This document shows positions 41,458-64,000 of a stretch of DNA of 64,000 bases, one piece after another (position 1 is the stretch's first letter; every line of letters starts with the position of its first letter). The DNA is taken from NCBI RefSeq assembly GCF_009914755.1, contig NC_060930.1; one strand, 5' to 3'. A program made the translations under genes and the position numbers. Under the pieces are notes generated by a model. That model did no database searches. It was not told the origin of the DNA and was given only the letters and a program-made list of their open reading frames with translations. This stretch comes from the human T2T-CHM13v2.0 reference genome, Homo sapiens.

Positions 41458-41510
41458 GCTGCACACTTTATGGAGCTGCACGCTTTATGGAGCTGCATGC
41501 TTTATGGAGC
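41458..41510 (+). repeat. 17-bp tandem repeat, 3 copies (GCTGCAYRCTTTATGGA)
   Basis: Units start at 41458, 41475 and 41492. Confidence 0.9.
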
Positions 41511-42136
41511 CGGCAGGAGCCCGGAACAGATGGGAGACCCTACCCCTTCCGAGTTGGTGGGGCAGGAGCCCCATGCTCCTGGGCACTGCTGCAACCAGCC
41601 AGCTGCAGCTGCGGACCCAAGTATCCCTGCTGCCCCCGCAGGTTCCGCAGTGCCTGCTTCCGGCTGCCTGGCCTCTCCCCACTCCCGGTGCCTGCTCCGA
41701 TTTTGGAGCAAGGTTATGGCTGAGCCCGGGTGCTGTCACGACCCGGCTGGGTGAGCTGCACTCCGAGTGGCACTGACACACCAGCCCCCTGCTGCCTCGG
41801 AGCCCTTCAAACTTTGGGCACCGACAAGCACAAGAGGGAGGCCAAGGTGGGGCTGAGGGCAGCTCAGCACAGGCCTGCAGGTGCCCGTCAGCACAAGCAG
41901 CCTGGGCACCATGAACGGCAGCAGGAGGCAGGTGCGAGTCCCGGTGAAACCCCACCTTCAAGCCAGGGATGGCCTGAGGCCTGGGGGCCAGGCTGTTAGT
42001 TCTGCAGACCAGAGTGGGAACTTACGATGCTTTTACCAGGCCTGCCCATGGACGCCCAAGGACCAATCAGCAAGCACTTCCTCCCGTCTGAAGACCATAA
42101 AAACCCCCGGACTCAGCCAGACTCAGGCAGACGATG

Positions 42137-42446
42137 TCTTTTTAGTTTCTACAGTGGGAAATGAACTCTGACTATAGCTAAGACTTATATATACTATGGA
42201 GAGCAAGCAAAAAAAAAAGAAAAAAGAAAAGGGATTTCAGATGCCGGGTAGCCACAAAAATAACAAATGTTCACTTTGTTATTTTTGCTACTCTAACTGT
42301 ATTCCTTATCTCAGTCTTTATCTACATCCATCCAAATGTATAAGCCAGAAATCATGGCATCATCATTGAATTGTTCACCCCTACATACAATAAGTCTCAC
42401 AGTTCTCTTGCTTCCATTGGCCCCCCTAAGCATTTATTTTATCTAT
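42137..42446 (+). repeat. Inserted copy of 40587-40893 within the MER52 LTR
   Basis: Direct repeat ~1550 bp downstream; the peptide MYKPEIMASSLNCSPLHTISL appears twice in the ORF track. Confidence 0.95.
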
Positions 42447-42662
42447 AAAATAAATAGGCAGCCTCTCCTATATATTTTTATCTATAAAATATCTAGGCAG
42501 CCTCTCCTCAGGCTCCTCTCCTGCCTGAGGAGAGGAGCTACCCACTCTAGGTCTCCTCTCCTCTGAGAGCTGTGCACTCGTTGGGACAACCTGCCAGCAG
42601 GTAGGAGCTACTCACCTCAGGTCTCCTCTCCACTGAGGCTCTTATTGGTGGAAGCCAACTCA

Positions 42663-43040
<378 letters not shown>

Positions 43041-43430
43041 AAAATTCCCCTTCCATTAATGACATGGTTATTTATCAGGGTTTTTCAATCATCTGTGGCA
43101 AACTTATTTAAAATCAAAGTCTCCTAAGATTTTCTCTGTCTCTGTAACAACTCAAAAATATAAAATTCCTAGGCAAATAATTACAATGATAATCATATAT
43201 ATAAAGCTGTCAGGGTGCATTGACAGATAGTTAAATAGTTGGATAAAATAGATAGGATCAGAAAATAAAACTTGGAAAAAAGACTTAAAAGTTGTGTCCA
43301 CACTTAAAATTCTTCTTTGCATTCTAAGCATCTTTTGGCCAAATGAAAATAACTCAAGTGGCAGATGCAGGCCCAGTTCACTATTTCAATGTCTTCACAT
43401 AGGATCTTCCTGAAGTGCTTTACAACTTAA

Positions 43431-44391
<961 letters not shown>

Positions 44392-45856
44392 GCTTGAGCA
44401 AGACGCAGGCAAGGTTCAGAGGCCAACTGTAGAGGCCAATGTTGCAACCACAAAACTCAGGCAGAGGCATGATAAAGCTCATAAAATCCAAAAATTGGTA
44501 TCCAGGGTCACACTCAAGGAAAAGAAAAATCAAATCTGAGAACAAAAGGAAGGACTGGGGTAGAAGCTAATGCTGAATAAAACAGAAAAAGGAATGCATT
44601 CAGACTTAAGGACTAGAAACAGCACTTTCACGTGCAGAAACAGGCAAGCAGGTCCACACAACAGTGCAACCAGAGTAAGGTCTTCCTGCCCTTTGATCTG
44701 AATTTAATTCCATTTAAATTGATTGAAATCCACAAGCACTCAATGCATGTCAATAATAGAGAGATCATGATGTTAAGCAGTAAGCTCAGTGTGGACAGAT
44801 AAGAGCTAACAGATTTGCAGTGCTCACAGGCATAGCAGGATTGAATAGATGCTATTGATTATACCTGTGGCCTATGTCCTCTGGAGCCCTCACGATACTG
44901 ACATTTGGAAGCAGATATCTTAATTCACTACCAATTCTTCTGCACTAACCCAGAGATGATAAAGAAAACTGAATGAGAATAGGAGTGAGGTGGTTTGGAA
45001 AGGGAAAATTGATGAGTACTGACATGATTATTCTCACCCTCATCTTAGTTCTTTCCCTTTAACATTTTAAAAAATCTCTCAAGACCAAAAAATGGCTTTA
45101 TATGAACCTGGTTTAGGGAGAAAACTACAAATATGTTTGTGTGTATGTATATGTGCATATATGTTGAGAGAAACCTTTGTCTTGATTTTATCCAAAATGG
45201 ATAAAGGGGTGCCAACACAGTTGGGAGAAAGAACAAGTAAGCATGGTGTATACAGAAAAGTTTTTTCTATTCAAGAATAAAATTACTTAGGACAAGAAGA
45301 GAATCTTTGCACCTTCCTTCTAAATATTTCACATAAAGGACAGTCTCCTTAGTAGAAACAAACCAAGAGTACTGTAGATAAGATTCTTAACATCAGAGAA
45401 TCCTTTCTCAGAGATTAACAATGCTGCCAATCTAGTGGGAAGAAATGGTAAACAGAAGTACAAGAGTCTGGCAAATAAGCAAGAAGAAGTAGCCGAGGAC
45501 CATATACCCACTTCATTTTGCTGCATAACTGGCACAATTATCATGGATGCAAATAACTTCTGGCACTAGCATATGTCTCTCCATCTACCTCTATGGATGG
45601 AATTGGTATGACATAACTATGTGGATGTCCTCAAACTTCTTTGATGCTCCATGTGTTCCTCAAATTTGTGTTTTGTTGGTTATAGAATATCTTCTTAGAT
45701 AAGAGTATCATTTGCTGGTTAGTGATATACAGAAATATACTTCTTCTAAAATCATATTCAGGTCTTGCCTAAAATCTAGGGTTAATAAGAGCCAAGCCTA
45801 GACCATTTTTCTTCTGCGGATGCTCTGATTAGGGGCTTTGAGTCAACTCCTAGAAT

Positions 45857-46060
45857 AGGGATCAGCAAACTTTTCCTGTAAAGGGCCAGATACTAAATAG
45901 GCTTTGTGAGCTACATATTCTTCTCTGTCACATGTTTTCCTTTTAAAAATTCTTTTAAACAACTATTTTAAAATGTAAAAAAGTATTCTCAGTTTATGGT
46001 CTGTCTAAAAACAGACCACAAACCCGATTTGGTACACAGGGCATAGTTTGCCAACCCTTG
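45857..46060. mobile_element. MER58-like hAT element
   Basis: AGGGATCAGCAAACTTTTCCTGTAAAGGGCCAGATA ... TAGTTTGCCAACCCTTG. Confidence 0.75.
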
Positions 46061-46559
46061 CAAGGAAAAAGAGTAGGGGAAGATTAAAGTAGCTTGGCTC
46101 AAAGGAAGTATTGGGGTGAGGATACATCACTGAATTCAGGGAAATAGAAATAACCTTCTAAATAAGATATGATACTCCTTTTCTCGAAGGAATGGTATGG
46201 CCACACCATCTATATGTTGTTTCTTTGACAACTAAAATTATTTTGTTCCTTAGAAAAGTAAATGATTTGTCCTTTCCATAAGGGCAATGACGTTTGTAGG
46301 AGTAAACTAATAGACTGCTGACAAAGTCAAGTGGAGTATTCACCATCCTTCTTGATGTTATTCCCTGACATCAGAGCTATGTAAGCAACAATCCAAGAGA
46401 AGAAAACTTTCCTTCTATATTATGCTGTAAAATACACATGTATGTGTTTTTATATATGTGAAATATGTAAAATATATGTTTATGTATGTTAATGATATAT
46501 AAAATATGTATAAATAATCAATATATAAACACATATATTTCCTCTAGATTATAGTTCCT

Positions 46560-50970
<4,411 letters not shown>

Positions 50971-51228
50971 TATCTCCTCTTTTTTTAATAGAGTCTCCTG
51001 CATCTATGCATATATGGTGGGCAGGGGACGTTTCCAGTTCAGACCTTTGTCATCTATAGACTAAGAAATCACTGCAACTGATATTTTTGCTTCTAGTCTC
51101 TTTCCCTTTCAATTCTACCTTTCATGGTATCAGGAGAACCAGCTTTCTAAAATCACAGATTTGGTCAGGTCTTTCCCCATTGCCTGTGGAATGAAGTCCA
51201 AGCTCCTTAGGATGATACATAAAGCTAT

Positions 51229-51671
51229 TGTGATAAAAGACATATTACAAAATAAATCATCCCAAAATCTTATTCCCCTTGGTAGCATTGTCTAAGTATA
51301 CACCATGTGATGGCTCTAGGGAGGTAGAGAGCACTTCCTGGCCCTTTGACTTTGAACTCGATCGATCATGTGGTTGCTTTGACCAATGGGATGTTAGCGA
51401 TGTGACATGAGCAAAGACTTGAAAGGGACTTGCATGGTTAGACCTTTTGCTTCTGCCATTACCATGAGAAAAACATACCCTGGTAGTCTCTGTCCCTACA
51501 GTCTGAGCCCAGAATGAGATAAGTGGGCTAGACCCACAACCTAAAGCAGAATCCTGTAGCCTAGCCAACCCTAGCCTAGATCTGCAGTTGGCCTGCAAAT
51601 CAATGAGCAAGAAAATCATACGACAAATATTTTTCTGGTTGTTTATCAAGTAGCAAAAGCTGATGGATACA
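51229..51671 (+). mobile_element. MLT1 (G/H-like) LTR
   Basis: CATGTGGTTGCTTTGACCAATGGGATGTTAGC...CCATGAGAA...TAGCAAAAGCTGATGGATACA. Confidence 0.7.
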
Positions 51672-52322
51672 ATGACTAACATTTTAGTCTTTAATCCACA
51701 CAAGGAACTTTAACATTTATTAGCTCATTTAACTTTCACAATAACTTGTAAAACAGTCTTGCATTGTACAGATGGGGTAAATAATATTTTGTAAGCCTAT
51801 GTTACTTTCTTAGGTTATATAGCAAGTAAGTGTGGTAGATATTAGGTTTGATATCAGATTTGCCTTTCTCCACTGCATACCTTCATCTCCTACTGCTCCC
51901 CCAATTTCTTCTATTTGCTGCTTTAGCGATAATATGCTCTAAAATATCATTTATATCTCTAGCCTTGGCACATTCTGTACCCCATGAGGCATATGGTAGG
52001 TGCTCAATAAATATTTATTGAGCGGCTAATGAATAAGTGACTGTCTAGAATGCCTATCTTTTGTCACCTTGGTAATTCATGATCTTCAAGACCTGGTTTA
52101 GAGATCGCTCCTATGTGAAGTTTTTCTTCTTCCCTCCAATTTCTTCCCATATGTTTTACATTTCCTTACCATAGTTCACCTATTCTACCTGTCATAATAA
52201 ATTGCAATTATTTAATGACATTCGTTTTTCTTACGTTAAAATTGGTCAACAGTAAGATTCACACGAATTCATCTTGTGTCCCTAGGGCAAGGCTAGGAAT
52301 GGCACATGCCTAATAAGTATGT

Positions 52323-57131
<4,809 letters not shown>

Positions 57132-57189
57132 ACCCACTGTTCTATGAAGCAATATCATAGATAATATATTTTTTAAATTTCTTGCCATC

Positions 57190-63210
<6,021 letters not shown>

Positions 63211-63329
63211 ATAGATACTTTAGTATCAACCTTATTTTTAAATTATTATTATTTTTAACAGGCAGACAATATATTTATAACTGAGCCGGGGGGGAAAAAA
63301 AGAACATGAAGTTTTTAATAATAGAAACA

Positions 63330-64000
63330 TGGAGAGGCAGAGCAAGATGGCTGAATAGAAGCCTCCACTGATCATCCTCCTTGCAGGAACACCAAATTAA
63401 ACAACTGTCCACACACAAAAAAGCACCTTCAAAAGAACAAAAAATTAGATGAGCATTCACAGTACCTGGTTTAACTTTCTATCACTGAAGCAGGCATTGA
63501 AGAGGGTAGGAAAGACAGTCTTAAATTGCTGACGCCACCCCTCCCCCATTCCCCAGTGGCAGTTGCATGGCATGAAGAGAGAATCCGTGCGTTTGGGAGA
63601 AGGAAAGCACAGTGATTGTGGGATTTTGTATTGGAACTTAGAGCTGCCCTGTCACAGCAGAAAGCAACACTGGGCAGAACTCAAGCAGTGCCCATGGAGG
63701 AGCATTTAGACCAATTTTAACTAGAGGGGAATTGCCCATCCCAGCAGTCAGAACCTGAGTTCTGACAAGCCTCACCAATGTGGGCTAAAGTGCTCTAGGA
63801 TCCTAAATAAACTTGAAAGGCAGTCTAGGCTACAAGGCCTGCAATTCCTAAGCAAGTCCTGGTGCTGTTGTGGGCTGGGAACCATTGGACTTATGGGGTA
63901 CATGGCTTAGTGAGATACTAGCCAGGGCAGCCACGCAAGTGCTTGAGCCATGCCTCCCCAAACCTCAGGCAGCACAGCTCACAGCACTGGGAGAGACTCC
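63330..64000 (+). mobile_element. 5' end of an older L1 (L1MA/L1PB-type 5' UTR), continuing past the window
   Basis: GAGAGGCAGAGCAAGATGGCTGAATAG start containing the YY1 core CAAGATGGC. Confidence 0.75.

Larger units (their letters stand above)
41386..42640 (+). mobile_element. MER52-like ERV1 LTR (GC-rich), interrupted and 3'-incomplete
   Basis: Starts TGATGGCAGCAGCGGCCC; contains GAGGAGCTACCCACT and GGTCTCCTCTC repeats typical of MER52; interrupted at 42137-42520. Confidence 0.75.

Noticed and set aside
41458-41510. Possible CRISPR-like repeat
   Set aside because: Three adjacent 17-mers with no spacers, inside an LTR in mammalian DNA.
41219-42171. Cluster of 90-185-aa ORFs
   Set aside because: GC-rich MER52 LTR sequence with no protein similarity I recognise.

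Overview
Primate (human-like) genomic DNA, rich in Alu and L1 repeats. The left 16 kb holds the 5' end of HACE1 on the minus strand: a CpG-island promoter and coding exons 1-4 (76, 55, 90 and 105 nt, all GT-AG) giving [10 protein letters not shown]...PLHLAARNG, the start of the ankyrin region. The remaining ~48 kb is upstream, non-coding sequence; in human this interval runs toward LIN28B, but I cannot place any lncRNA exons from sequence alone. Nearly all ORFs in the supplied track are Alu or L1 artefacts. Less obvious observations: (1) an ancient, decayed PABPC4-like processed pseudogene head-to-head with the HACE1 promoter, interrupted by an Alu and a MER3; (2) two templated-insertion repair scars, a 310-bp local copy pasted into a MER52 LTR and a 235-bp orphan sequence inside an AluY; (3) a start-stop uORF and a candidate Alu-derived poison exon in HACE1; (4) a twin-primed, 5'-inverted L1PA; (5) serial Alu insertions at the same target site. 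I found no convincing novel protein-coding system. Repeat boundaries are approximate and subfamily names come from recalled consensus sequences.
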